NCBI GenBank assembly: GCA_041601795.1
Contig: JBFIHK010000003.1
Span: 1-39,935, forward strand
Reading direction: 5' to 3'
Source of the DNA: Minisyncoccia bacterium
GTDB lineage: Bacteria > Patescibacteriota > Minisyncoccia > Phycocordibacterales > XYD1-FULL-46-19
DNA: 39,935 bases
Position numbers and translations under genes: made by a program. How positions within the stretch are numbered: the stretch's first letter is position 1; every line of letters begins with the position of its first letter. A model generated the notes under the pieces. It ran no database searches. It was given only the letters and a program-made list of their open reading frames with translations, and had not been told where the DNA came from. Below are positions 17,293 to 25,691 of the stretch, one piece after another.

Positions 17293-19437
17293 TTAACCCT
17301 GTCTTTTAGCAATAATCTCAGTGGCTACATTTTGTGGAATAATAGCGTATTCTAAAAATTCCATACTGTAGTTACCGCGACCTTCAGTCATAGAACGCAA
17401 AGTGGTGACATAACCAAACATTTCTGATAAAGGCACCTTAGCTCGAACCACTTTTAACATTCCTCGGTCTGACATTTCATCAATCTGACCTCGCTTAGAT
17501 GATAAGTGTCCAGTCACATCACCCATAAACTTCTCTGGTACTGTCACTTCTACTTTCATAATTGGCTCAAGTAGCACTGGACCTGCTTTACGAGCGGCGT
17601 CCTGAAAAGCCATTGAGCCAGCTAATTTGAAAGCTACTTCAGACGAGTCAACATCATGATAAGAACCGTCATATAACTCCACCGACACATCTACCACCTC
17701 AAAACCAGCTTGAACTCCACGAGCCATCCCTTCTCTAACCCCTTTTTCAACTGGAGTAATAAATTCTTGAGGAATGACACCTCCTTTAATAGAGTTTATA
17801 AATTCAAAGGTATCTTCTCTAACTATATTTTTAGGAGCATCTTCTGGTTTTAAGGTTTTATCTAAAGGTTTTATCCGCAAGCGAACATGACCATATTGAC
17901 CGCGACCTCCAGACTGCTTAATATATTTATGCTCCGCCTCAGCTTCTTTAGTAATAGTTTCTTTATAAGCCACTTGAGGAGCTCCCACATTGGCTTCAAC
18001 ATTAAACTCTCTTTTCATCCGATCAACAATAATATCTAAGTGCAATTCACCCATACCTGCAATCACCGTTTCCATAGTTTCTGGATCAGACTTAACCACA
18101 AAAGTTGGATCCTCATCTGACAATTTTTTCAATGCCATACCCATTTTTTCTTGATCAGCTTTAGTTTTAGGTTCAATTCGAAGAGATACTACCGGTTCCG
18201 GGAAATCGATTTCATCTAAAATAATTGGGTTTGCTTCATCAGACAAAGTATGAGAAGTTTTAGTATTTTTCAAGCCGACAATAGCTGCAATTTCACCAGC
18301 GTAAACTTCTTTTACCTCCTCACGATGATTAGCGTGCATACGTACAATTCGTCCAATGCGTTCTTTTTCGCCAGTACTAGAGTTATAAACATAGGTTCCA
18401 GCAGTTAAAATTCCAGAGTAAACCCGAGTGTAAGCAAGTTGCCCCACAAAAGGATCGCTTTGCAACTTGAACACTAGGGCTGATAACGGAGCTTCGTCTT
18501 TAGATTCTCTAGAATCTTCTTCTCCTGTTTTTGGGTCCTTACCATGAATAGGTGGTACATCAAGAGGACTCGGTAAATAGTCTACTACCCCATCCAAAAC
18601 CAACTGAACCCCTTTATTTTTTAGAGCTGAACCACAAAAAACTGGTACCAATTGGTTAGCAATAGTCGCCTTCCGTAAAGTTTTTTTAATTTCTTCTATA
18701 GTTGGCTCTTTGCCCTCTAAATAAGCATTCATTAACTCTTCATCGTGTTCAACTACTTTCTCCACCAATTCTGCTCGATATTTTTCAGCATCAGCTTTTA
18801 GGTTGTCAGGAATATCAACTTCTTTAATCTCATTACCCATAGTACCCTCAAAGAAATAGCCTTTCATTTTTATCAAATCAATCACACCTTCATGGGCATC
18901 ATCTTCTCCAATTGGAATCTGGACTCGAACAGCATTTTTAGTTAAACGATCTAAAATAGTTTTAAATGAATGTTCAAAACTAGCCCCCATTCGATCTAAT
19001 TTATTAATAAAACAAATGCGAGGAACTTTATATTTGTCAGCTTGTCGCCAAACAGTTTCAGATTGAGGTTCCACTCCAGCCACACCATCAAAAACCACTA
19101 CTCCACCATCAAGAACTTTTAAAGATCTCTCTACTTCAGCTGTAAAATCAACGTGACCTGGAGTGTCAATAATATTGACCCGATGTTTTAAATCTGGGTT
19201 AGTAATATCATAAGTTGGAGTCCAAAAAGCTGTAGTCGCGGCTGAGGTAATAGTAATTCCTCGTTCTTGTTCTTGCTCCATCCAATCCATAGTAGCTGCT
19301 CCATCGTGAACTTCACCTATTTTATGGGACACTCCAGTATAGTACAGCACTCTTTCAGTACTAGTAGTTTTACCAGCATCAATATGAGCAATAATTCCAA
19401 TATTTCTAACTTTCTCTAAAGGGTAATCTCTAGACAT
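17293..19437 (-). CDS. fusA: Elongation factor G
   Basis: [42 protein letters not shown]. Confidence 0.99.
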   Translation of the reverse strand: MSRDYPLEKVRNIGIIAHIDAGKTTSTERVLYYTGVSHKIGEVHDGAATMDWMEQEQERGITITSAATTAFWTPTYDITNPDLKHRVNIIDTPGHVDFTAEVERSLKVLDGGVVVFDGVAGVEPQSETVWRQADKYKVPRICFINKLDRMGASFEHSFKTILDRLTKNAVRVQIPIGEDDAHEGVIDLIKMKGYFFEGTMGNEIKEVDIPDNLKADAEKYRAELVEKVVEHDEELMNAYLEGKEPTIEEIKKTLRKATIANQLVPVFCGSALKNKGVQLVLDGVVDYLPSPLDVPPIHGKDPKTGEEDSRESKDEAPLSALVFKLQSDPFVGQLAYTRVYSGILTAGTYVYNSSTGEKERIGRIVRMHANHREEVKEVYAGEIAAIVGLKNTKTSHTLSDEANPIILDEIDFPEPVVSLRIEPKTKADQEKMGMALKKLSDEDPTFVVKSDPETMETVIAGMGELHLDIIVDRMKREFNVEANVGAPQVAYKETITKEAEAEHKYIKQSGGRGQYGHVRLRIKPLDKTLKPEDAPKNIVREDTFEFINSIKGGVIPQEFITPVEKGVREGMARGVQAGFEVVDVSVELYDGSYHDVDSSEVAFKLAGSMAFQDAARKAGPVLLEPIMKVEVTVPEKFMGDVTGHLSSKRGQIDEMSDRGMLKVVRAKVPLSEMFGYVTTLRSMTEGRGNYSMEFLEYAIIPQNVATEIIAKRQG

Positions 19438-19485
19438 ATATAAAAAACATTTAAAATTTATAAAATAACTTAAATAATCAAAAAC

Positions 19486-19980
19486 CTAGCGTCCACTATT
19501 TTGACGACTGCGATTGATGGCAAAATGAGCAAAGGCTCGGTTAGCTTCAGCCATTTTGTGAACATTTTCTCTCTTTTTAACTGCTTCGCCTTCGTTATTG
19601 TGGGCTAAAATAATTTCTTCAGCTAGCTTTTTGAACGTTGGCATACCCTTTCTTGATTTAGCAGCGGCTAAAATCCAGCGATAGGCTAGCGATAATCGTC
19701 TGTCCTCTCTCACTTCATGTGGTACTTGATAGTTGGCCCCTCCTACTCGTCTTGACCTCACTTCCATCTGGGGAGCAACATTTTTAATAGCATTATCTAA
19801 AACTTCAATCGGATCTTCTTTAGTTTTTTCTTTAACTATATCTAAAGCACCATAGACAATTTTTCGAGCAGTATTTTTCTTACCCCGTTCCATGACATAA
19901 TTAATTAACTTCTCAACCTTAAGAGAGTTGAAAACTAAGTCTGGTTTTAAAATATTAGTTGGTTTGTGAGTTCTACGCAT
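19486..19980 (-). CDS. rpsG: 30S ribosomal protein S7
   Basis: [28 protein letters not shown]. Confidence 0.98.
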   Translation of the reverse strand: MRRTHKPTNILKPDLVFNSLKVEKLINYVMERGKKNTARKIVYGALDIVKEKTKEDPIEVLDNAIKNVAPQMEVRSRRVGGANYQVPHEVREDRRLSLAYRWILAAAKSRKGMPTFKKLAEEIILAHNNEGEAVKKRENVHKMAEANRAFAHFAINRSRQNSGR

Positions 19981-19998
19981 AAATTCTGTAAATTAGTC

Positions 19999-20409
19999 CT
20001 ATTTAGGTCTCTTGGCTCCGTATTTAGACCGACCTTGACGACGTTTGTCTACACCTGAAGTGTCCAGTACACCACGCACTATATGATAGCGAACTCCTGG
20101 CAAATCTTTCACTCGACCCCCTCTCAGTAATACCACGGAGTGTTCTTGTAAGTTATGACCCATACCTGGAATATAAGCTGTTACTTCCATTTGATTAGTT
20201 AAACGAACTCTGGCTATTTTACGCAAAGCTGAGTTTGGTTTTTTAGGTGTAGTTGTTTTAACCTGCAAACAAACCCCTCTTTTAAAAGGAGAATTATAGA
20301 AAGTTGGTTTATTTTTTTGAGTATTAAAACCTTGAGCTAAAGCCACAGCTTTAGACTTCTTAACTATTTTCTTTCTTGGTTTTCTTACTAATTGATTAAT
20401 TGTCGGCAT
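19999..20409 (-). CDS. rpsL: 30S ribosomal protein S12
   Basis: [10 protein letters not shown] (true start ATG 20409), [22 protein letters not shown]. Confidence 0.99.
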   Translation of the reverse strand: MPTINQLVRKPRKKIVKKSKAVALAQGFNTQKNKPTFYNSPFKRGVCLQVKTTTPKKPNSALRKIARVRLTNQMEVTAYIPGMGHNLQEHSVVLLRGGRVKDLPGVRYHIVRGVLDTSGVDKRRQGRSKYGAKRPK

Positions 20410-20463
20410 ATAGTCGGTAACTTTAATACATTTAATATAAAAAAGCAAGCTTTGTTACTGTTT

Positions 20464-21087
20464 TTATAATCCACTCCCAGACATACCGGTAAAAAGATAA
20501 AATAAAATAGAAATAACTGGCGAAATAATAGTAAAAGCAAACAAAATCACTATTAAAATTAAAAATATTTGATATCTTTCTATATTATTTATAATATGAC
20601 GCCACTTATAAGGCACTAAAGTAAATAAAATTTTAGAGCCATCCAGTGGGGGTACCGGTATTAAATTAAACACAGCTAAAACTATATTAAGTAACACCAC
20701 CGTTGAAGCTAGGGTCAAAAAAGTAGTTGAGCCGATATTTATCACATCAGAAAAACGAATTAATAAACCAAAAACTAAAGCTATAATCAAGTTAGACACT
20801 GGGCCCGCTATAGCCACCAAAGCCGGACCGTGGTGACCAGCTTTTAAGTTATAAGGATTAAACGGTACCGGCTTAGCCCAACCAAATATTATTCCCCCAG
20901 GAATTAAACTTAAAATAAGGGGTACTATAATAGACCCTACCGGATCAATATGAGGCACGGGGTTTAAGGTTAATCGACCAGCCAATTTAGCTGTTGGATC
21001 ACCTAAAATATAAGCTGTAAAACCATGAGCCACCTCATGAATTACAACTGAAAATAATAATATAATGATAAAAAATATTGCTTCCAT
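20464..21087 (-). CDS. Site-2 protease family (peptidase M50) membrane metalloprotease
   Basis: HEVAHG, GRLTLNP, AGPVSN, FNLIPVPPLDG. Confidence 0.93.
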   Translation of the reverse strand: MEAIFFIIILLFSVVIHEVAHGFTAYILGDPTAKLAGRLTLNPVPHIDPVGSIIVPLILSLIPGGIIFGWAKPVPFNPYNLKAGHHGPALVAIAGPVSNLIIALVFGLLIRFSDVINIGSTTFLTLASTVVLLNIVLAVFNLIPVPPLDGSKILFTLVPYKWRHIINNIERYQIFLILIVILFAFTIISPVISILFYLFTGMSGSGL

Positions 21088-21151
21088 ATATTTACAACCG
21101 AACTTTAGTATGATAACATAAACAAACTTAAATTTTAAATCAGAAAATATT

Positions 21152-21364
21152 ATGAAAGCTTGTCCTATTTGTGATAAAAGTAGCCGTATGGTTGGAAATT
21201 ATTCTAACCGTGTTCGAGCTACCCAATACAACCCCACTGGCAAAAAAAGAAAGCAACCAAACTTACAGTGGGCTTCTTTGCCTGAATCAGCCGGTGGTGG
21301 ACGCCTAAAAATATGTACTTCCTGTCTGAAAAAAAATAAACACTTAAGTATTAAAATGTTATAA
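21152..21364 (+). CDS. rpmB: 50S ribosomal protein L28 (Zn-ribbon form)
   Basis: CPIC...KRKQPNLQ...KICTSCLK. Confidence 0.88.
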   Translation: MKACPICDKSSRMVGNYSNRVRATQYNPTGKKRKQPNLQWASLPESAGGGRLKICTSCLKKNKHLSIKML

Positions 21365-21397
21365 CAAAAAAAACCGTGCTAGGCACGGTTTTTTGTT
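21363..21397. terminator. Bidirectional terminator after rpmB and the ComEC-MBL gene
   Basis: aaaaaaccgtgc-tag-gcacggtttttt with A/T tails. Confidence 0.85.
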
Positions 21398-21428
21398 GTT
21401 TTAATAATTTTAAAAAGGCTTTGAAACT

Positions 21429-22289
21429 TCAGCAATTTTGGCAAATAATACTCTGGCCGTCACTTGTAAAAGTAATATTACCCCTTCTAGCCGTTTCTAC
21501 ATAAGAAATATTTCTATCTTCTAATCTTTTTAACACCTCCTCATGAGGATGACCATAACGATTATTTTTTCCAGCTGAAATTACCGCCCACTTAGGGCTA
21601 GTGGCTAGTAAAAAATAATCTGAACTAGAAGTATTTGACCCATGATGAGCCAATTTAAGTACATCAATGTCTATCTCTGACGCTAACTTTTGAACTAAGT
21701 AATTTTCTATTTTGTTTGAAATATCTCCCACCAAAAGGAAACTAGTCTCGCCAAATCGAAGCAGGGCCACAATCGAGCCATCATTACGATTTGCAATATT
21801 TAAATTAGATTCTGGCCATAAAATATCAAGCACTACACCCCCACCCAATAAAAACCTTGTCCCGGCCACCGCTTCTACCACCACCGTTTCTTCTTTTGTC
21901 ACAGCTTCAGTAAAAGCATAAAAAACACCAGTATTAGCCTTATCTTTATTTACTATCACCCCTGCAATATCATAACGCTCCAAAACAAAAATTAAACCCC
22001 CAATATGATCAGCGTCTGGGTGACTAGCAATAATTAAATCTAAAGTTCTATCATAAAAAGACATCTCCTGCCCCAAGCTACGCAAAACTTGCCGACCCGT
22101 GCCACCATCTATTAAAACCTGATTTCCAGTGGGGCTTTCTATTAAAATAGCGTCTCCTTGACCCACATCTAAAAAAGAAACTGTTAACACTTTTTGACTC
22201 TCTTTATATACATTAACCCAAACTAAAAAAGTTAAAATAATTAAAATACCTAAAATCACCCCCCTCCACACCATAGGTCTACTATACAT
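21429..22289 (-). CDS. Stand-alone ComEC/Rec2 C-terminal MBL-fold hydrolase with N-terminal membrane anchor
   Basis: FLDVGQGDAILI, SHPDADHIGG, GD, KLAHHGS, ISAGKNNRYGHPH. Confidence 0.9.
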   Translation of the reverse strand: MYSRPMVWRGVILGILIILTFLVWVNVYKESQKVLTVSFLDVGQGDAILIESPTGNQVLIDGGTGRQVLRSLGQEMSFYDRTLDLIIASHPDADHIGGLIFVLERYDIAGVIVNKDKANTGVFYAFTEAVTKEETVVVEAVAGTRFLLGGGVVLDILWPESNLNIANRNDGSIVALLRFGETSFLLVGDISNKIENYLVQKLASEIDIDVLKLAHHGSNTSSSDYFLLATSPKWAVISAGKNNRYGHPHEEVLKRLEDRNISYVETARRGNITFTSDGQSIICQNC

Positions 22290-22325
22290 AAAAATATTAT
22301 ATAACAGGCTTAATTAAATCTAAAT

Positions 22326-22354
22326 TTGACAAAATTACATTTTAATTTTAAAAT
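22326..22354 (+). promoter_or_regulatory. Sigma70 promoter of the rlpA-like gene
   Basis: TTGACA-17 nt-TAAAAT. Confidence 0.75.
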
Positions 22355-22455
22355 GATGGAAGTCTTATTTGATCTTTTTTTGGCACAAAGAAAAGACGCG
22401 CAACCCACAGTTGCACCCCTTTTCTTTTTACCAATGCAACCAAAGAGGAATATTC

Positions 22456-22818
22456 ATGTTCAGCAGCCTGGTAATAATGGTAGTTTTTTTAACTCCCAGC
22501 CCTATACCTGTCCCCCTAAATACCACCGACATGATCTGTAGTTGGTATGGAGCTGATTTTGACGGTCGCCCCACAGCTTCAGGGGAAATATTTCGTAAAG
22601 GTGACCCCCAAATGGCAGCTCATAAGGAGCTACCTTTTGGAACAAGCATAATTTTACGAAATCCAACCAATGGTCGTGAACAATTAGTTGTGGTTTATGA
22701 CCGAGGTCCATTTCATGAAAACAGAGACCTCGATGTCTCTGAAGCTGCAGCTGCAGCCTTAGGCTTTAAAGACGATGGCGTCACGGAACTAAAGGCGACT
22801 ATTATTGAATTCCCCTAA
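22456..22818 (+). CDS. RlpA-family double-psi beta-barrel lytic transglycosylase (short, secreted, no SPOR domain)
   Basis: SWYG..F.GRPTASGE, AAHKELPFGT, DRGPF, LDVSEAAA..LG. Start moved to ATG 22456, which follows AGAGGA and precedes a hydrophobic signal-like stretch. Confidence 0.88.
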   Translation: MFSSLVIMVVFLTPSPIPVPLNTTDMICSWYGADFDGRPTASGEIFRKGDPQMAAHKELPFGTSIILRNPTNGREQLVVVYDRGPFHENRDLDVSEAAAAALGFKDDGVTELKATIIEFP

Positions 22819-22822
22819 CGAA

Positions 22823-22852
22823 AAGGCCGAACACACAAGCGTGTTCGGCCTT
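22823..22852. terminator. Terminator after the rlpA-like gene (convergent pair)
   Basis: aaggccgaacac-acaagc-gtgttcggcctt followed by a T-rich tract. Confidence 0.85.
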
Positions 22853-22874
22853 ATTTTTTGTTTTTTTAAATAAA

Positions 22875-23126
22875 TTATTCCACACTACCATTACCGCCAG
22901 TAGATGAGCCATTAGTAGTTGGCGCACCAGTAGCAGGAGCCCCGCCTGTAGCCTGATTAATGAAGTTTACAATGTCTGTTATATCAGCCCTATTTTGAAT
23001 AGCTAAAACCCTAGTTTGATAAACAACATAAGCGTGACCAACAAAAATTGCCACCACTATACCTAAAATAAAAGCGGTAATTACTTGTTTGGATTTCCAC
23101 ATAGGAACAGAAGAATTTGTAGCCAT
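22875..23126 (-). CDS. Small single-pass membrane protein with Gly/Thr-rich tail
   Basis: From ATG 23126 (MATNSS...): one TM helix, short amphipathic helix, low-complexity C-terminus. Confidence 0.65.
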   Translation of the reverse strand: MATNSSVPMWKSKQVITAFILGIVVAIFVGHAYVVYQTRVLAIQNRADITDIVNFINQATGGAPATGAPTTNGSSTGGNGSVE

Positions 23127-23208
23127 AAATATTTTTAAGAGATAAATAATAATTCTATATTTAAAATTGTAGCACAAAAAAAAATTGAAGTTAATTAAAA
23201 ATTTTATT

Positions 23209-24720
23209 TTACTTGTTGATATCTAGCCTAAAACCATCGGAACGATATTTTACAATTAACATCAATAAGAAAAGATAACAAACAATGACCCCGAAAAAAT
23301 TAAATCTTGGTATAACAATAGTAGAAAAAGTAAAATCAGCAAAAAGCCTCGCCACCTCCAAAATATAATATAGTAAAAAGTAGGCCAAAGTCGCTGGTAT
23401 TATAGCCAAAATTTGACTCCCCCAAGCTATTAAACCAGCAATAAAGCCTAACAACATTACCGCTGGCACTACCGGTAGAACTAATATATTTACCACTAAC
23501 GCCACCGCCGACAGCTCACCAATAAAAAATCCTAACCAGGGCCAAACAGCTACTTGGGCCGAAGTGGTGGTAACAACTATTTCTTTAAACCAATCTGGCA
23601 AAAAATTCAAAAAATAAATTCTATTTTCTATAACAGGAGCCAAATAAACAAGTCCAGCTGTAGCCAAAAAAGACAATTGAAAACTAGGGTCAAAAACAAG
23701 CACCATTGGGTTCCACAACACCATCAAAAAACCCGCTACCCCTAAACCCACCCCAGCCAAATAAGTTCTACCACTAAGTCGAGCCAAAATAGCTATTCCA
23801 GCCATTAAAGATGCCCTAATAACAGCTGGGCCTGCCCCTACAGCTAAAGCAAATAAAAAAATAGCAATTAAACTACAAACTAAAGCTGTTTTTTTGTCTA
23901 AAACATAAGTCAACAAGCTCACCACTACTACCGCCACAATAGTAATGTTAAACCCCGACAAAACTACAATGTGAATTAAACCAGCCTGTCTAAATTTGTT
24001 TTCCCATTCGGTTCCCAATCCTCTTCTATCGCCAGTTAAAATCCCCGCCAGAAGCGAATTGGCTGGCTCTTTTATTAATAAACTCAATTTACTATTAAAA
24101 TTATTTTTAATAGTAAATAAAAATTTTTGTAGGCCCATCACTTGCCCCAAATTAGGCTCAGTGTTTATTTTTTCTACAGTGGCAAAAGAAATTTGATAAA
24201 TAATTTTTTCCTTTTTTAAGAAATTAACATAATCAAACTCTCGACCGGTATCTTCATTAACAAAATTAACCGGCAAAGAAATAACTCCTTCTACTTGAAC
24301 CACATCACCTAAATTAAATTTTTGATAAACATCAGTCACAATCAATATATTAAATTTAGCTTCAGGTACTCTAACCACCAGCCGAGTAGAAGAATCTCTA
24401 ACATCTGGTTCTTTAACAATTTGAGCTTGTATAGAAACTTTAGTCCCCAAAATAAAATTTTGTCCCTCCTTCAAACCAGCTTCAAAAATATCGACTCTCA
24501 AAAACCCTAAAACAAAACCCAAAAGTATCACTACCAGTAAACTAAAAATGAGTTTAACTTTTCTGTACTTCAGTATGGATAAAAAAATTACAACCAAACT
24601 CAACAAATAAACAAATGAAACAAAATAAAAATTTAACTGAGGCCACAAACTAAAAACCAATACTCCAAAAACAAAACCACCGCCACCTAAGAAGAGATGA
24701 CGACGAAGGTTTTTAATCAT
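23209..24720 (-). CDS. comEC: ComEC/Rec2 competence channel (OB/DUF4131-like + competence domain, no MBL domain)
   Basis: FDY..FL, GILTGD, GLIHIVVLSGFNI, AVIRA, NP..L...SFQLSFLAT. Confidence 0.92.
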   Translation of the reverse strand: MIKNLRRHLFLGGGGFVFGVLVFSLWPQLNFYFVSFVYLLSLVVIFLSILKYRKVKLIFSLLVVILLGFVLGFLRVDIFEAGLKEGQNFILGTKVSIQAQIVKEPDVRDSSTRLVVRVPEAKFNILIVTDVYQKFNLGDVVQVEGVISLPVNFVNEDTGREFDYVNFLKKEKIIYQISFATVEKINTEPNLGQVMGLQKFLFTIKNNFNSKLSLLIKEPANSLLAGILTGDRRGLGTEWENKFRQAGLIHIVVLSGFNITIVAVVVVSLLTYVLDKKTALVCSLIAIFLFALAVGAGPAVIRASLMAGIAILARLSGRTYLAGVGLGVAGFLMVLWNPMVLVFDPSFQLSFLATAGLVYLAPVIENRIYFLNFLPDWFKEIVVTTTSAQVAVWPWLGFFIGELSAVALVVNILVLPVVPAVMLLGFIAGLIAWGSQILAIIPATLAYFLLYYILEVARLFADFTFSTIVIPRFNFFGVIVCYLFLLMLIVKYRSDGFRLDINK

Positions 24721-24731
24721 AGGCTTTTAAT

Positions 24732-25172
24732 TTAAATTAATGTTTTTTGACTACCTTGATCCATGGCTTCATTAGCCAGACTATCGGCCAATTTATTTTG
24801 CTCCCGCAATACATGAGTAAACTTAATATTTTTAAATTCACTCACTTTTAAATTCCAAATATGCATAAAATAACGCCACAAGCGTTCTTCTTTTACTTGA
24901 TACTCGCCTGTTAATTGTTTTTTAACCAGTTCAGAATCTATTTTAACCTCTAACTCAATTTGCTTTAACTTATCCTTACCTAAAAACTTTTTAGCTGTTT
25001 CTAAGCCAAAAATAAGAGCTTCGTATTCAGCCTCGTTATTTGTCATGTGGCCTAAAAATTTAGAGGCTGTTTTTAAAGTCGCCCCTTGTTCATCTAAAAT
25101 AGCTACCCCAGCCCCAGCTACTCCAGGGTTACCTCTTGAACCGCCATCAGTATGTAAAATTATTTTTTTCAT
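24732..25172 (-). CDS. rnhA: Ribonuclease HI family protein
   Basis: TDGGSRGNPG, TNNEAEYEA, DSELV, NKLADSLAN. Start moved to ATG 25172 because the track's upstream extension runs through a terminator. Confidence 0.9.
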   Translation of the reverse strand: MKKIILHTDGGSRGNPGVAGAGVAILDEQGATLKTASKFLGHMTNNEAEYEALIFGLETAKKFLGKDKLKQIELEVKIDSELVKKQLTGEYQVKEERLWRYFMHIWNLKVSEFKNIKFTHVLREQNKLADSLANEAMDQGSQKTLI

Positions 25173-25192
25173 TTTTAAAATCTTAGCATAAA

Positions 25193-25240
25193 AAAGCCCC
25201 GCTTTTAATAGCTGCAATCAGATATTAAAAACGGGGCTTT
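25193..25240 (-). terminator. Terminator closing the microprotein cassette
   Basis: Minus strand aaagccccgtttttaata...tattaaaagcggggcttt-ttt; the G-U pair and U tail favour the minus strand. Confidence 0.8.
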
Positions 25241-25244
25241 AAGT

Positions 25245-25379
25245 CTACATCTCCCAAGGACTAACATGATCCTTAATTTGGACATCAAGACTAGTCGCTA
25301 ATCCTATGTAACCAATGACAAGAAACATTATGATCATACCTGTTAATACTCCAAGCAAAAATAGGCCAAACATCCACAT
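25245..25379 (-). CDS. 44-aa single-pass membrane microprotein (not in ORF track)
   Basis: AGAAAGGAAGGT SD then ATG; MWMFGLFLLGVLTGMIIMFLVIGYIGLATSLDVQIKDHVSPWEM*; stop 4 nt before the terminator. Confidence 0.7.
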   Translation of the reverse strand: MWMFGLFLLGVLTGMIIMFLVIGYIGLATSLDVQIKDHVSPWEM

Positions 25380-25467
25380 ACGCACCTTCCTTTCTAGTGA
25401 TTATTCTTACTTCATAGCAAGCCACCAGGACCACTGTCCAAATCATCACCAGAGTCTAAAGTACACA

Positions 25468-25629
25468 TTACCAAATGTGCTTATAATGATTGCAGGCTTT
25501 GTTTCTCCTCTTAATTTCTTGCCAGACGCACATCAGCACATCACTAAATATGGCTACATAATAGATCGCACCAACAATTCCCCAAGATATCACAAACATA
25601 TCTCTGTACAATTCCCAATTAGAAGACAT
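25468..25629 (-). CDS. 53-aa single-pass membrane microprotein (not in ORF track)
   Basis: AAAGGAGGT SD 8 nt before ATG; MSSNWELYRDMFVISWGIVGAIYYVAIFSDVLMCVWQEIKRRNKACNHYKHIW*; hydrophobic core followed by basic KRRNK. Confidence 0.7.
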   Translation of the reverse strand: MSSNWELYRDMFVISWGIVGAIYYVAIFSDVLMCVWQEIKRRNKACNHYKHIW

Positions 25630-25691
25630 TACTTAGTACCTCCTTTTTTATCGAAACAATTAAAAGATCTCGCGCTCCAAAGTAAATGGAA

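Noticed and set aside
22326-22541. 71-aa ORF and the 29-codon N-terminal extension of the RlpA-like ORF (from 22369)
   Set aside because: The 71-aa ORF starts at the TTG of the TTGACA -35 box. The extension spans the structured leader; ATG 22456 has an SD and a signal-like sequence.
25245-25691. Alternative genetic code (TGA = Gly) joining the microprotein ORFs
   Set aside because: recJ, the HIT gene and the ComEC-MBL gene end at TGA at the expected lengths, and conserved genes lack internal TGA, so code 11 applies. The stops bounding the two microproteins are TAA and TAG.
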